Under the pieces are notes generated by a model that ran no database searches, had not been told where the DNA came from, and saw nothing but the letters and a program-made list of their open reading frames with translations. A stretch of 63,059 nt of DNA, the filler included, from Octopus bimaculoides (taxonomy: Eukaryota): assembly GCF_001194135.2 (NCBI RefSeq). It is 4 parts of 4 records of this genome, joined end to end, with 100 filler letters (N's around TTAATTAATTAA, not from the genome) between each part and the next. Parts side by side here need not be neighbours in the genome. Positions count along the whole stretch, not along the records: positions 31,326 to 59,396 come from NC_068998.1; 3 more parts are not named here. One strand, given 5' to 3'. Positions 38,506 through 50,914 of the stretch are shown here, piece after piece. A program made the position numbers and the translations under genes. Each line of letters opens with the position of its first letter. Position 1 is the stretch's first letter.

Positions 38506-38999
38506 ATAAATGAACATACAAAACAAATAATAATAATTTGTGTGTGTTTGCTTAAGTTGACAAAATGATGTCCGCAGACACAAATGGAAAGATTTTACCA
38601 AAATATGAACGAAAGAATTGACAAGAATTATGGACAAATTTCGACTCTGTATTTGGTTTGTAAGATACTTGACATGCATTTGAACATTGAAACGGATATT
38701 TTTATATTTCAGATGGTCTGTAATGCCAATGATGAACACTCTCGCTGGTTTTATTTCATTTCATTTTGTCAGTTGCTCAACTATTTGACCAAAGAACTCA
38801 CTTGGAATAGAGAGGGCATGTGATTGCAGGGGAAAGTCCTTGACAAACTTAATTGTTTGATTGACTAACAGAATGGTTAAACAAATAATCGATTAGGTGA
38901 TTAGGTAAATAATTAACGAACAAGAAAGAAATGAAATATTGCGGGTGTGTATGTGTGAGTTTATTATTAATCAAAAGACATTCTCGGGATACAATAATA

Positions 39000-39065
39000 T
39001 CGGGAATCGAAACCACAATCTTACGATCATGATGCCGACACACTAACCACTAAGTCACGCGCCTC

Positions 39066-39066
<1 letters not shown>
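39000..39066 (-). mobile_element. SINE family C tRNA-like head only
   Basis: GGAGGCGCGTGACTTAGTGGTTAGTG...GGTTTCGATTCCCG (A and B boxes). Confidence 0.7.
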
Positions 39067-39115
<49 letters not shown>

Positions 39116-39144
39116 TAAATATACATACACGGACACACACACGC

Positions 39145-39184
<40 letters not shown>

Positions 39185-40819
39185 AAATATATATATATAT
39201 GTGTATATATATTTATATATATGCATACATACATACATATATATATATAAATGCCTTTGGTATGTTGATTTGGTGGAGGTTCATTACATAATTTTGTTTT
39301 GAAAGTGGGAAAATATGGAAAAGTATAAACATATGTTTATATTACACACGCTTACACACACACATACATATAAAAAAGGTGACCGTAAAGAACGTATCCT
39401 ACAAGGAATACGGAATGAAATACAGAACATAACAACAGCAACAACAAGAAGAAAATAGGAAATAAAACCGGCAGAAATAAAATGAAGAATTTCACTAAAT
39501 CCCTTCAATTGATTTATAGGCACAGAATTACATGTAAAGTTTTGCATTTTGAAAAATCGTAAAATTCATATGAAAAACATTTAAAAAAAAAATATTTGTA
39601 TAAATGCGAACAAAAAAGTGTCGTAGAATCAAAGAAAAGAAATAAAGTTCGTCGTTTCGTTTCGTTACATTTTGAAACCGTGACTAATACGTATAATTCG
39701 GATAGGTTTTTATGCCGGCCAACATCAAACAAGAATTTGAAGCCTTCGCTACGCAATATATAATGTTTATTAACCTGCTAAATCATTCTAATCACAGACA
39801 CGATGAAATAAACAAACAAGAAAACAATATATATATATATATATACACGTACGTATATATTATATATAAATGTATACATGTGCTTGTGTGCGTGCTTGCG
39901 TGCGTGTATGTATGAATCTGTTAATGTGAGAACGCATGTATGTATTTATTTTCCTATACACATACAAATATGTGTGTGCGTATGTGTGTGTGTGTGTNNN
40001 NNNNNNNNNNNNNNNNNNNNNNNNNNNNNNNNNNNNNNNNNNNNNNNNNNNNNNNNNNNNNNNNNNNNNNNNNNNNNNNNNNNNNNNNNNNNNNNNNNNN
40101 NNNNNNNNNNNNNNNNNNNNNNNNNNNNNNNNNNNNNNNNNNNNNNNNNNNNNNNNNNNNNNNNNNNNNNNNNNNNNNNNNNNNNNNNNNNNNNNNNNNN
40201 NNNNNNNNNNNNNNNNNNNNNNNNNNNNNNNNNNNNNNNNNNNNNNNNNNNNNNNNNNNNNNNNNNNNNNNNNNNNNNNNNNNNNNNNNNNNNNNNNNNN
40301 NNNNNNNNNNNNNNNNNNNNNNNNNNNNNNNNNNNNNNNNNNNNNNNNNNNNNNNNNNNNNNNNNNNNNNNNNNNNNNNNNNNNNNNNNNNNNNNNNNNN
40401 NNNNNNNNNNNNNNNNNNNNNNNNNNNNNNNNNNNNNNNNNNNNNNNNNNNNNNNNNNNNNNNNNNNNNNNNNNNNNNNNNNNNNNNNNNNNNNNNNNNN
40501 NNNNNNNNNNNNNNNNNNNNNNNNNNNNNNNNNNNNNNNNNNNNNNNNNNNNNNNNNNNNNNNNNNNNNNNNNNNNNNNNNNNNNNNNNNNNNNNNNNNN
40601 NNNNNNNNNNNNNNNNNNNNNNNNNNNNNNNNNNNNNNNNNNNNNNNNNNNNNNNNNNNNNNNNNNNNNNNNNNNNNNNNNNNNNNNNNNNNNNNNNNNN
40701 NNNNNNNNNNNNNNNNNNNNNNNNNNNNNNNNNNNNNNNNNNNNNNNNNNNNNNNNNNNNNNNNNNNNNNNNNNNNNNNNNNNNNNNNNNNNNNNNNNNN
40801 NNNNNNNNNNNNNNNNNNN

Positions 40820-40861
<42 letters not shown>

Positions 40862-41174
40862 ATCATACATTCACAAGCGCATACGTCCATATATAAAACA
40901 AAAATGTTGGTCGCAGTTATGAATTAGTTGTCAACGAGGCAGTCGTCCTTCGGGGAGTTTGCAGAATTAAATCTCATAAATTATAAAGAGTCAAATCTAT
41001 CATCGGATTTCAAATGAGACTTACACCTTCTTGCTACAACAACACACTTGGATAACACACACATACGCACACGCACGCCCGCACACACTCACACTCACAC
41101 ACACACACACACACACACACATGCGTTTACATATATATACAGATACATACATTCATATATGCACATATGTGAAT

Positions 41175-41346
41175 GGCGATCTTTCGATACCAGTACTAAA
41201 GATCGGCCTTTTCCGTAAAACCCTAATCCTAACACCCTAGTGAAGATTGTGTGGGTGTTACGGAACAGGCCGATCTTTGGTAAAGATCGCCGAAGACACT
41301 TTTTACGGAAAAGGCCGATATTTGTTGCTGGTATCGAAAGATCGCC
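41175..41346. mobile_element. Short Merlin-like MITE copy
   Basis: Perfect 19-bp TIR GGCGATCTTTCGATACCAG / CTGGTATCGAAAGATCGCC; contains one CCCTAA-like arm; no TSD visible. Confidence 0.8.
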
Positions 41347-42074
41347 GTTACGTTGTACTCTAAAGCGCACAAAATAACGTCGTTAGTGTTACGAGAAGAG
41401 CTAAGTCTTGAAACGTTAATGGATTCGTGGAAATAGGGACACCGTTGTTCTGCATAATCGACTTACATTGGAAATATTAAAAAATGTTTTATAAAACAAA
41501 TTAAATTTCATTCTCTCCATATACAATGATATATAAAATGTGTGTTGTGTGTGTGTGTGTTTGTTATGTGTGAGTGACTGTGTGTTTATGATATAAGTAC
41601 ACAATATCATGAGCTATCCACTGTTTACCGAATTTCTTTACATCTATATCTATATATGAGAAACGTCGATCAGAACAAACATTAAATTCGAGTCAACGAT
41701 TTTATATATAAAACCATACCCCCACAAGCATTTGTTCATATATAAATATTACCATGGTTGTTAAACATATAGAATATATATATACAAAAAACACAGAAGG
41801 TAAAAAACATTTACGCGAATAAAAACACAAATATGTAGAACAGCCTGTCAAAAAACGTAAATACAATCGACAAAAATTCTAAAACGTGTCATGCTACTTA
41901 AAATCAAATATACAATAAAATAAAATATCAATCGATTAGAAAAATTATTTAAGAAGTTTTTTATTTACGCCCCCCACAAATATCAAAAAAATTATTAAAG
42001 TTTTCTTTTATTTTTTTTTTACTCCCCTCACAAAAAGGAGTACGTCCAAAAATGTTCAATTAATAGGACCAACA

Positions 42075-42345
42075 CTTCACCTGTCGCCTGACGTGGAGAA
42101 ACGTATTTCTCGCAGCCATTCAGCAGGGGGGAGCAGATCTCTTGGCCCTTTCAACCGGGCTTCTACAGCAACAATTACATCCAAATCCCGCGACCTGATG
42201 TCATTTAGGAAGCGCCATTGCTTCCAGCTCGACATCAGGCCACGTACATTTAAACAACCAAAGTGAATAGCCATAAACGCCTTACCTTAAATTATTCTGA
42301 GTCTCCACCTCATCTTTTTTTTCCTCTCGCGGGATCGGTGCAGGT
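42075..42345 (-). mobile_element. L1/Tx1-clade ORF2 start (APE endonuclease N-terminus)
   Basis: MAIHFGCLNVRGL...KQWRFLNDIRSRDLDVIVAVEARL matches the APE motif NVRGL...DVI.LQET. Confidence 0.75.
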
Positions 42346-43130
42346 AATCCTAGGAATATGGAATGATAAAAGTCCATCCTCGTTGTACTAACAGTCTTCC
42401 TAAATTTTTTCTAAAGGATTCTGTGGGTTTTTTTTTTTTTTTTTTTTTTTTTACTGACTTCATAAATGTCGTAGTTCTTAAACTTGTCTGAGATTTCCGT
42501 CCATGTATATCGCTGTATCTCTAAGTTTCAAATCTCTCATTAATCCTGCGTCGTCCGTATTAACCACCATCACTCCTCTTTCGTATTTTTCCCTTTTCGT
42601 TATTTTCTTGCGTCTCTAGACGTCGCCGCTTTGGGCTGTGTATAGTAGGCTACATCTTCCTTTTGTTACACAAACAAAACCCTCCAAAAAAAAAAAGTTC
42701 TTTTAACGCCGCATGGCTAATTTATAATAACCTCTCACATGACCAGTCTAAATTTTCTAACACATTCAAAAAAAAAAAAAGAAAGAAAAAAACGAATTAT
42801 TGAATTATTCCATTGCTAAATATGCAGGTGGCTGTTGTTAATAAAATTTTAACTCTCCGGTTTCGATACCCAGCAAAACCTAAATATTATTTACCACATT
42901 TAATTTTAATTCTATAAACTTTCAGAAAAGTAGAAGAAAACTTATAGTTGCAAAAAGGGATCACCTCAGTAAATTTATCTAAAGTTTTAGGCCCGAAAGA
43001 CTTAATGATGGCAAGGGATTCCCTTACACATAACTTATACTTGTTAATATTAACTCTGAAATAAGGGTCACTCGATATAACAGACCATTCAAGAGAATAA
43101 CTTTTATTATTCTTCTTTAAACCATGTATA

Positions 43131-43205
43131 GTCGATCTTTCGATACCAGTACCAAATATTGGCTTTTTCCATAAAAAGTGTCTTCGGCTTTCTTTACCAA
43201 AGAAA
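43131..43205 (+). mobile_element. One-ended fragment of the Merlin-like MITE
   Basis: GTCGATCTTTCGATACCAGTACC..AAAAAGTGTCTTCGG shared with 41175 and 43910 copies. Confidence 0.7.
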
Positions 43206-43909
43206 CGTCTACTTCCTAAATATTCAACAATATTAAGTCCTGAAAAATTTACGATTAATTTTTATTTTACATATGAAGTATTTGAATAATGATTTTTTTT
43301 TTCGTTTGTATTTCGGTAAAGCTTCAAAATCATTCTTCTCAATTTTTATTGAATTCTCGATAAAATTATTGTGCTACCAACTTACATTTTCCTTCCCATT
43401 TTCTTTTCATTTATTTCAATGTGTTGCCCTTAGCTCTTTCTTATATATGCTTGAACAAGAGACGAGAAAATGTCCTATTTGTGAGGCCATTCTTACAGAT
43501 TTAGTCAGGGAACTTGCAAATATGATATTTACATTAAAATTTAATACAATTACATTATTTGGTGTAGGATCTTCACTTGTACTTTGTGGTTTCGCGCGGT
43601 TGAGGAAGTTTTTTTCATTTCAGGCTTTTGTTATACGTTATAAATATTTGTTTGCGGTTAAGTGTGGTACATGTGTTCTATTTCATATGTTTTTTAATAT
43701 ATCTTTTCTGCAAACAGGATGCATGTTCGTATAGCATACTATATGCATGGTTTACATGTTTATATTGTGCTACACTCGTTGCAGCTCTGCATTATTCTAT
43801 GACCAGATTTACTTCTTTATAACAATACACGTCATTAACTAATGTTTATTTTAAGCGTAAAGTTTCTTTAGTGAAAAATAATTTTGATGTCCATTTATGA
43901 AGAGATTTG

Positions 43910-44557
43910 GGCGATCTTAGGATACCAGTACCGAAGATCGGCCTTTTCTGTAAAAAGTGTCTTCGGCAATCTTTACCAAAGATCGGCCTTTTCCGTAAAA
44001 AGTGTTGGAGGGAAAGAGAGAAACGACGTCGTAAAAGCGAAAGAGATAGAGAGAGCGCGATTTCTTTTGAAGTTGGCGCTGGTGTGTGTATGTGTGAGAG
44101 AGGGAGGGAGAGAGAGAGAGAAAGAAAGACAGAAAGAAACAAAGAAAGATAGATAGATAACTGAAATTATTTTTATTTCCGGTAATTTTTCAGATGAACA
44201 CCCGCACGATCTTCACTAGGGTGTTAGGGTTAGGGTTTTATGGTCAGGATTAGGGTTTTAGGGTTAGAGCTACGGTTAGGGACGGAATTCCCTAACCCTA
44301 ACCCTGAAACCCTAACTCTCACCCTAAAACTCTAACCCTAACACTCTAGTGAAGATCGTGCGGGTGTTAATCTGAAAAATTACCGTATTTCCTTTTTATA
44401 GTGAGTATGCTAGACAGAAAGTGTGGTGAAGTTCTTTTGTTAGTGTGAGAGAGAGAGTGTATGTATGTATGTATGTATGTACACTTTTTACGATAAAGGC
44501 CGATGTTATGTAAATAAACACTAGTGGGTGCTTTGGTACTGGTATTGTAAGATCACC
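43910..44557. mobile_element. Merlin-like MITE with 8-bp TSD and internal telomere-like palindrome
   Basis: GAGATTTG|GGCGATCTTAGGGATACCAGTACC...GGTACTGGTATTGTAAGATCACC|GAGATTTG; inner inverted repeat 44180-44385 with TTAGGG/CCCTAA units. Confidence 0.82.
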
Positions 44558-44741
44558 GAGATTTGGTTACGGATATATTGTAAAATGGTTGTTTCCGCCG
44601 TGTTCAGCGAGATCTGGGAAAAATATTTGCATTTTTGTTCTTAAGACGTCAAGACAGGTTTAGATAGACGCTGTAGTGTCTATCATAGGAGAATGACTTC
44701 CCTTTTTTACGAAGACAGTGTGTTCAACACACTTGTCTCAT

Positions 44742-44798
44742 TGGTACAGCGGAATCTGGGACACCGCTGTTTCGACATGTTGCGTCTCATCAGCCAGA
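44742..44798 (-). ncRNA. Type I hammerhead ribozyme
   Basis: Minus strand UCUGG-CUGAUGA-GAC GCAACAU GUC-GAAA-CA GCGG UG-UC-CCAGA: perfect core, stem I 5 bp, stem II 3-4 bp, stem III 3 bp, GUC site. Confidence 0.85.
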
Positions 44799-44960
44799 AG
44801 TACCCAGCTTCTTTGGGCCTAGCCAGGCTGCAAGTCTGTGTTTATACTTTTAGCGAACAAAACGTTTGCTGATCGGTGTCAATCGAAATAAAATCGTTGT
44901 TTGCAAATCGCAGAATATAGCATACATATTATGCAATATTACTCTAGGTAGTCTATTTTG

Positions 44961-44997
<37 letters not shown>

Positions 44998-45001
<4 letters not shown>

Positions 45002-45197
45002 CGGTATTTCGTCTGTCGCTATGTTCTGAGTTTAAATTCTGCCAAGGTCGACTTTGCCTTTCATCCTTTCGGGGTCGATAAATTAAGTACCAGTTGCGCG
45101 CTGGGGTCGATCTAATTGACTGTGCCCCACAAAAAAAAAAATTAATAAATAAATAAAAAAAAAATTCCGGCCTTGTGTCTGGAGTAGAAAAGAAAGA
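44998..45197 (+). mobile_element. tRNA-derived SINE, family B (5'-truncated)
   Basis: Matches family B body and tail. Confidence 0.9.
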
Positions 45198-45329
45198 ATA
45201 TATAGTATATATAGTATAAAGTAAAATAGCAACACTGATGTATGTTGCTATCAATACTGGAGAATCTTCTGCAGTAAACCAGACTTCATTGAAGTTTCGA
45301 CTACTTATGTATAGTACATCTCTGGCTGG

Positions 45330-45610
45330 CTGAACGCAACAGAATTGGGATAACTGACTCAGTACCTTGTCCGGCGTAGCTGCAAGCTTCTCGGCTATTC
45401 AACACGAACCAACCTCTGCTATCCAACTAATTTCTCTCACAAACTCCTGCGTCTCATGTCCATGTGAAAACATCGGTCTGGTTACATATTGTATCACATT
45501 CTAATATACATGCGACTCTGGAGTACTCAGCCAGCTATACGTTACTACAATGAAAAAGCAGTTCACTTGATCGAACAGTCAAGTACTCATCGTCGAAGTC
45601 GACGGAGGAC
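45330..45610 (+). mobile_element. Degenerate RTE-type 3' end
   Basis: Ends CGTCG-AAGT-CGACGGAG stem-loop as in other RTE tails; weak LGLFNH-like relic upstream. Confidence 0.4.
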
Positions 45611-45855
45611 GTAATTACTTTTTATAGACGTTAAGACATACTGACACTTTTTAACATTGCCGTAGAGCAATAAAATTTGGCAGACATAAATAGGGAAATA
45701 GATTGTATAAATCATAATAACTATCCACCCAGACATGTATATATATATATATATATACACGTGGGTGTTGAATGTTTTTTCATTTACATACATGTAAACG
45801 GTCGTGTGTATATGTATATATGTGTGTGTGTGTGAATGTGTTATGCATATTGTGA

Positions 45856-45906
<51 letters not shown>

Positions 45907-46095
45907 ATATATGAACATTTATGCACATATAGTTCTATACACATCTATACATATTTATAGATACATACACACACAGACACACGCACGCACACACATGTAT
46001 ATAGACAAATAATTAATTGGCAGAAAAGTTACAAAAGGGATTTAAAAGCCGAGAGTCAAGTACACACAAGCAAACCAACAAACTCAGTATATTTA

Positions 46096-46215
<120 letters not shown>

Positions 46216-47058
46216 NNNNNNNNNNNNNNNNNNNNNNNNNNNNNNNNNNNNNNNNNNNNNNNNNNNNNNNNNNNNNNNNNNNNNNNNNNNNNNNNNNNNN
46301 NNNNNNNNNNNNNNNNNNNNNNNNNNNNNNNNNNNNNNNNNNNNNNNNNNNNNNNNNNNNNNNNNNNNNNNNNNNNNNNNNNNNNNNNNNNNNNNNNNNN
46401 NNNNNNNNNNNNNNNNNNNNNNNNNNNNNNNNNNNNNNNNNNNNNNNNNNNNNNNNNNNNNNNNNNNNNNNNNNNNNNNNNNNNNNNNNNNNNNNNNNNN
46501 NNNNNNNNNNNNNNNNNNNNNNNNNNNNNNNNNNNNNNNNNNNNNNNNNNNNNNNNNNNNNNNNNNNNNNNNNNNNNNNNNNNNNNNNNNNNNNNNNNNN
46601 NNNNNNNNNNNNNNNNNNNNNNNNNNNNNNNNNNNNNNNNNNNNNNNNNNNNNNNNNNNNNNNNNNNNNNNNNNNNNNNNNNNNNNNNNNNNNNNNNNNN
46701 NNNNNNNNNNNNNNNNNNNNNNNNNNNNNNNNNNNNNNNNNNNNNNNNNNNNNNNNNNNNNNNNNNNNNNNNNNNNNNNNNNNNNNNNNNNNNNNNNNNN
46801 NNNNNNNNNNNNNNNNNNNNNNNNNNNNNNNNNNNNNNNNNNNNNNNNNNNNNNNNNNNNNNNNNNNNNNNNNNNNNNNNNNNNNNNNNNNNNNNNNNNN
46901 NNNNNNNNNNNNNNNNNNNNNNNNNNNNNNNNNNNNNNNNNNNNNNNNNNNNNNNNNNNNATATATATATATATATATGTATGTATGTATATATATATGT
47001 ATATATATATGTATATATATATATATATATGCGTGTGTATGTTTGTGTGCATATGCTT

Positions 47059-47270
47059 GTGTGTCTGTGTTTTGTCCCCCCTACCATCGCTTGACAACCG
47101 ATGCTGGTGTGTTTACGTCCCCGTAATTCAGCGAAACTCAGCAAAAGAGACCGATGGAATAAGTACTAGGCTTACTAAGAATAAGTCCTGGGGCCGATTT
47201 ATTCGACTAAAAGGCGGTGCACCAGCATGGCCGCAGTCAAATGACTGAAACAAGTGAAAGAAAAAGAAAA
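47059..47270 (+). mobile_element. SINE family A, 3' half
   Basis: CATCGCTTGACAACCGATGCTGGTGTG...AAGGCGGTGCACCAGCATGGCCGCAGTCAAATGACTGAAACAAG. Confidence 0.9.
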
Positions 47271-47689
47271 CAATAATAGTGAAGAGCGATATTTGTGAAA
47301 TCTAGACTCACAATCCTAACCAACACAAATTACATTTTCGTTCGCCAAATCATGTAATTTATTCATTAGGAGTGCTTAACAGCTAATTAGAAATTTGACC
47401 TGGCTACGAATGATGTCCATGGGAAGTAAATGAACAGAAAGCAGGAATCTTAAATGTACATATATATTCATACATAGATACGTATAATATTTCACATCGT
47501 ATACATGCATATGTGCGTGCGTGTGTGTATTCGTCAGTGTGTTATAGATTAGCAGACAGACAAACTAACACAGATAGACACACATGCACGGAGAATAGCA
47601 GATAGGCAAACATGCAGATAGATTTGAAGACAGACAGATAAACAACTTTATTTATTGGTCACACAGGGCTGAACACAGAGGGGACTAGA

Positions 47690-47830
47690 TTGATAGATAG
47701 ATAGATTGATTGATTGACAGATAGATAGATGGATGGACAGATAGATAGGTAGATATATAGAGAGGGACAGATAGATAGATGGACAGATAGATAGATATAG
47801 AGAGAGGGGCAGATAGATAGACACACAGAC

Positions 47831-47905
<75 letters not shown>

Positions 47906-48000
47906 CTCACAGATGGATAGACAGATAGACACAGACGGACGGACGGACAGAGAGATAGGTAGATAGATAGACAGCCAGACAGATCGATGGATAGATGGAT
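47690..48000. repeat. (GATA)n microsatellite
   Basis: Direct repeat tract; a second pure tract lies at ~54945-55020. Confidence 0.96.
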
Positions 48001-48682
48001 AGTGTAGAGTAAAACGTTTATAGAGGACATCACATACAGATCAACACTAGGAATTCAGTCAAAATAGATCACAATAGATCAAATAGGATAAATATATTTT
48101 ATAATACTGATGTCGAAGTTTTACTGATGGAAGTTTCTTCAAATTGTTTTTAAAATGCTACCACCAGGAAAACTTCGAAGTCACTGCCGATAAAATAACA
48201 AATATTAAACGTAGCACATGAAATGGGGCAATATTTTGAACAATGTTGCTTGTGTTCATTTGAAAACACTTATTTCTATAACCGTATGTCTATTTATATC
48301 GTGTGTGTGTGTGTACTCATATATACATACATACATATATATATATATACACAAACACATATATGCATGTGTGTGTGTATGTCTAGAAGTATGTATGATT
48401 TATTTTCATGCAAATAGACAGTTAATCATGCATATAAACATGGGCGTTTGTCTACAAAGACACATAAATACACACGCACATAGGTGTGTCAGTATATAGA
48501 TGTATGTGTGTGTGTATAGAAATGTCTGTTTTTACAACTAAATAAGCCTGAAACCGTTGAAATGAATTATAGGTTTAATGTAATAGAGTTTCCTCACTTC
48601 TTTATCGCCATACAAATATTTCATAGGTTTTTCAAGTTATAAAAGTTGACATATATGTCTACGTACACCTACACGCACACAC

Positions 48683-48988
48683 AACTGGCACTCCGTCGGT
48701 TTCGACGACGAGAGTTTCAGTTGATCCGGTCAACGGAATAGCCTGCTCGTGAAATTAACGTGCAAATAACTGAGCAATCTCGAGATACGTGTATCCTTAA
48801 CGTAGATCTCAGGGGAGTTTCCAGCGAGGCACAGAAAGTGACAAAGCTGGCTCAATTGAATTTTTGCCAGCTGAGTGGACCGAAGCAACGTGAAATATAG
48901 CGTCTAGCTCAAGAACTTAACGCGTCGCCAGGAATCGAACTTGAACTCTTGATCAAGAGCCAAATATTCTAACTACTAGGCTACACGC
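48683..48988 (-). mobile_element. Full-length SINE family C (tRNA head, CORE-like segment, RTE-type tail)
   Basis: TAGCCTAGTAGTTAG and GTTCGATTCC boxes; tail CGTCGAAACCGACGGAGTGCCAG. Confidence 0.82.
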
Positions 48989-49017
48989 TCGCGCGCGCAC
49001 ACACTCGTACTATAAAA

Positions 49018-49058
<41 letters not shown>

Positions 49059-49216
49059 CAACGGGCTTCTTTCGGTTTCCGTTTACCAAGTCCACTCCCT
49101 AGGCATTGGTCTGCTCGAGGCTATAGCAGAAGACACTTGCCCAAGGTGCCATGTAGTGGGACTGAACCCAGAACCATGTGGTTGGGAAGCAAGTTTCTTA
49201 CCACACAGCCATGCCT
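49059..49216 (-). mobile_element. SINE family A, 5' half (tRNA head + CORE-like GGCACCTTGGGCAAGTGTCTT)
   Basis: GGCTGTGTGGTAAG...GGGTTCAGTCCCACT head. Confidence 0.88.
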
Positions 49217-49544
49217 GTACCTGTGTGTGTGTATGTATATATATNNNNNNNNNNNNNNNNNNNNNNNNNNNNNNNNNNNNNNNNNNNNNNNNNNNNNNNN
49301 NNNNNNNNNNNNNNNNNNNNNNNNNNNNNNNNNNNNNNNNNNNNNNNNNNNNNNNNNNNNNNNNNNNNNNNNNNNNNNNTCTGAAATGAACCTCCATTAT
49401 GCAGCTGAGGAGTACATTTTCATTGCACATCTTATGTGATGTTCTCACTACATAAATAAATGAAGTTTGTACGAAACGTACGTACTGCTATAACCTAATA
49501 CATTTTAGTTGTTTTTCTTCAAATATATATATATATATATATAT

Positions 49545-49712
49545 GGGAGAATATACAAATAATAACAACAGACGAGGACAGGTGGTGTAAATAACAAAAG
49601 TATATATTAGTATGACGCTCGGGAATACGGAAAGTCTTTGACGTTTCGAGCTACGCTCTTCAACAGAAAGAATACGGAGACAAGGAGAAAAACACGGAGA
49701 AAAAAAAATTGA
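49545..49712 (-). mobile_element. Minimal hammerhead-like repeat, near-identical to 31441-31607
   Basis: Reverse complement differs by about one substitution and short homopolymer indels; (TA)n on both sides; motif at 49635-49671. Confidence 0.78.
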
Positions 49713-49756
49713 TATATATACACACACACACACATATACACACACATACACGCACA

Positions 49757-49971
49757 CAGTAATCCCGTGCCATATCTCGGTTCACCTATCGCGGTTTATT
49801 ATTTAAGCTTACGTCGTGGTCGTGTTTTGCATTTATAATAAAATAAATATATACAATTTATAGAAATAATAATATTAATAAATACAGTACAGTACTGTTT
49901 CTACTTCGCGGATTTTTACTTATCGCGGGGGATTTTGGAACGTAACACCTGCGATAGTTGAGGGTAAACTG
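49757..49971. mobile_element. pogo/Tigger-like MITE
   Basis: CAGTAATCCC.TGCCATATC.CGG left, GCGATAGTTGAGGGTAAACTG-TA right; sister copy at 59053. Confidence 0.72.
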
Positions 49972-50244
49972 TATAGTATGTCAGGAGAACGGAGATTTTC
50001 CACATCTATAATTTTATTAATCAGTTATTTGTAGCATTCTTTCATGCACCTACGCACATTTCAACTGCATCAACTGAACGCTGTTAGGTGCGCATTTAGG
50101 TATTACTGTCGATGCAGTTTCTACAGACCATTATTTACTGCCATTCGAAGTTAAGCTGAAGAAATCAGGAAGCTAAAAGAATAGTTTCTTTTAGGTGTTG
50201 GTATTACTATAAATAGCTGTATCACTTCCTGTATATAGTATATG

Positions 50245-50700
50245 ATGGACTCTCCCGTCGGTTTCGACGTATGGGGATTCGACAACTTACTCTTTCTTTG
50301 TCATTCATAATGCTTATGTTGAATGTGACATTTAAGTCCTGCTAACGATTTTCAAAAGAAACCCAAAGATCCTGCAAGTATGAGAATTACAGGTCAGTGC
50401 AGGTGGTATATTTGCAGCCGATTTTCTCGTTTGTCTTGAACCCCGAAGCCTGTTAATGCTGGTTGCATCAAAGCTTTTTATACCATTTTGAGACAGCGAT
50501 CTCCATTTTGTTCGCTGAAAGGCGTTGTGAGCTATTTTCATTGCTAAGAGGTTACTCTTCAGCTTGTCCTTATATATGAACAATGGTCGATCAGCATTCA
50601 TGTGCCCATTATCAAGCTGACTGTACGTGAAGACTTTGGGTATTCTTTTGCCATTCATTCTGACAACATGACCAGCCCAGTGCAATTGTGATTGCATAAA
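50245..50700 (-). mobile_element. RTE-clade LINE 3' fragment
   Basis: QSQLHWAGHVVRMNGKRIPKVF..QL..G..RP...YKDKLK...KWRSL; tail CGTCGAAACCGACGG. Confidence 0.87.
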
Positions 50701-50806
50701 GAAGCGCCCGATTCAACCAATCAGACACTTGCTAAACAAGTCGGTATATATATATATATATATATATAAACTTGGGAAGGGATGCGTGGCATTCAATCAA
50801 ATAATA

Positions 50807-50866
<60 letters not shown>

Positions 50867-50914
50867 CATACACGCACACACAGAGATAGGGATGTACAAA
50901 TTTGTGTGTGTGTT

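Noticed and set aside
38700-38823. Acceptor-like TTTCAG|ATG followed by a short open frame (similar at 23490)
   Set aside because: No donor or protein similarity; expected by chance in AT-rich DNA.
39000-39066. tRNA genes (also 57253-57299, 48930-48988)
   Set aside because: A/B boxes only, no full cloverleaf; they are SINE heads.
44180-44385. Chromosomal telomere-telomere fusion site
   Set aside because: Repeats are few and degenerate and lie inside TIRs with a TSD; part of the arm recurs in another MITE copy.
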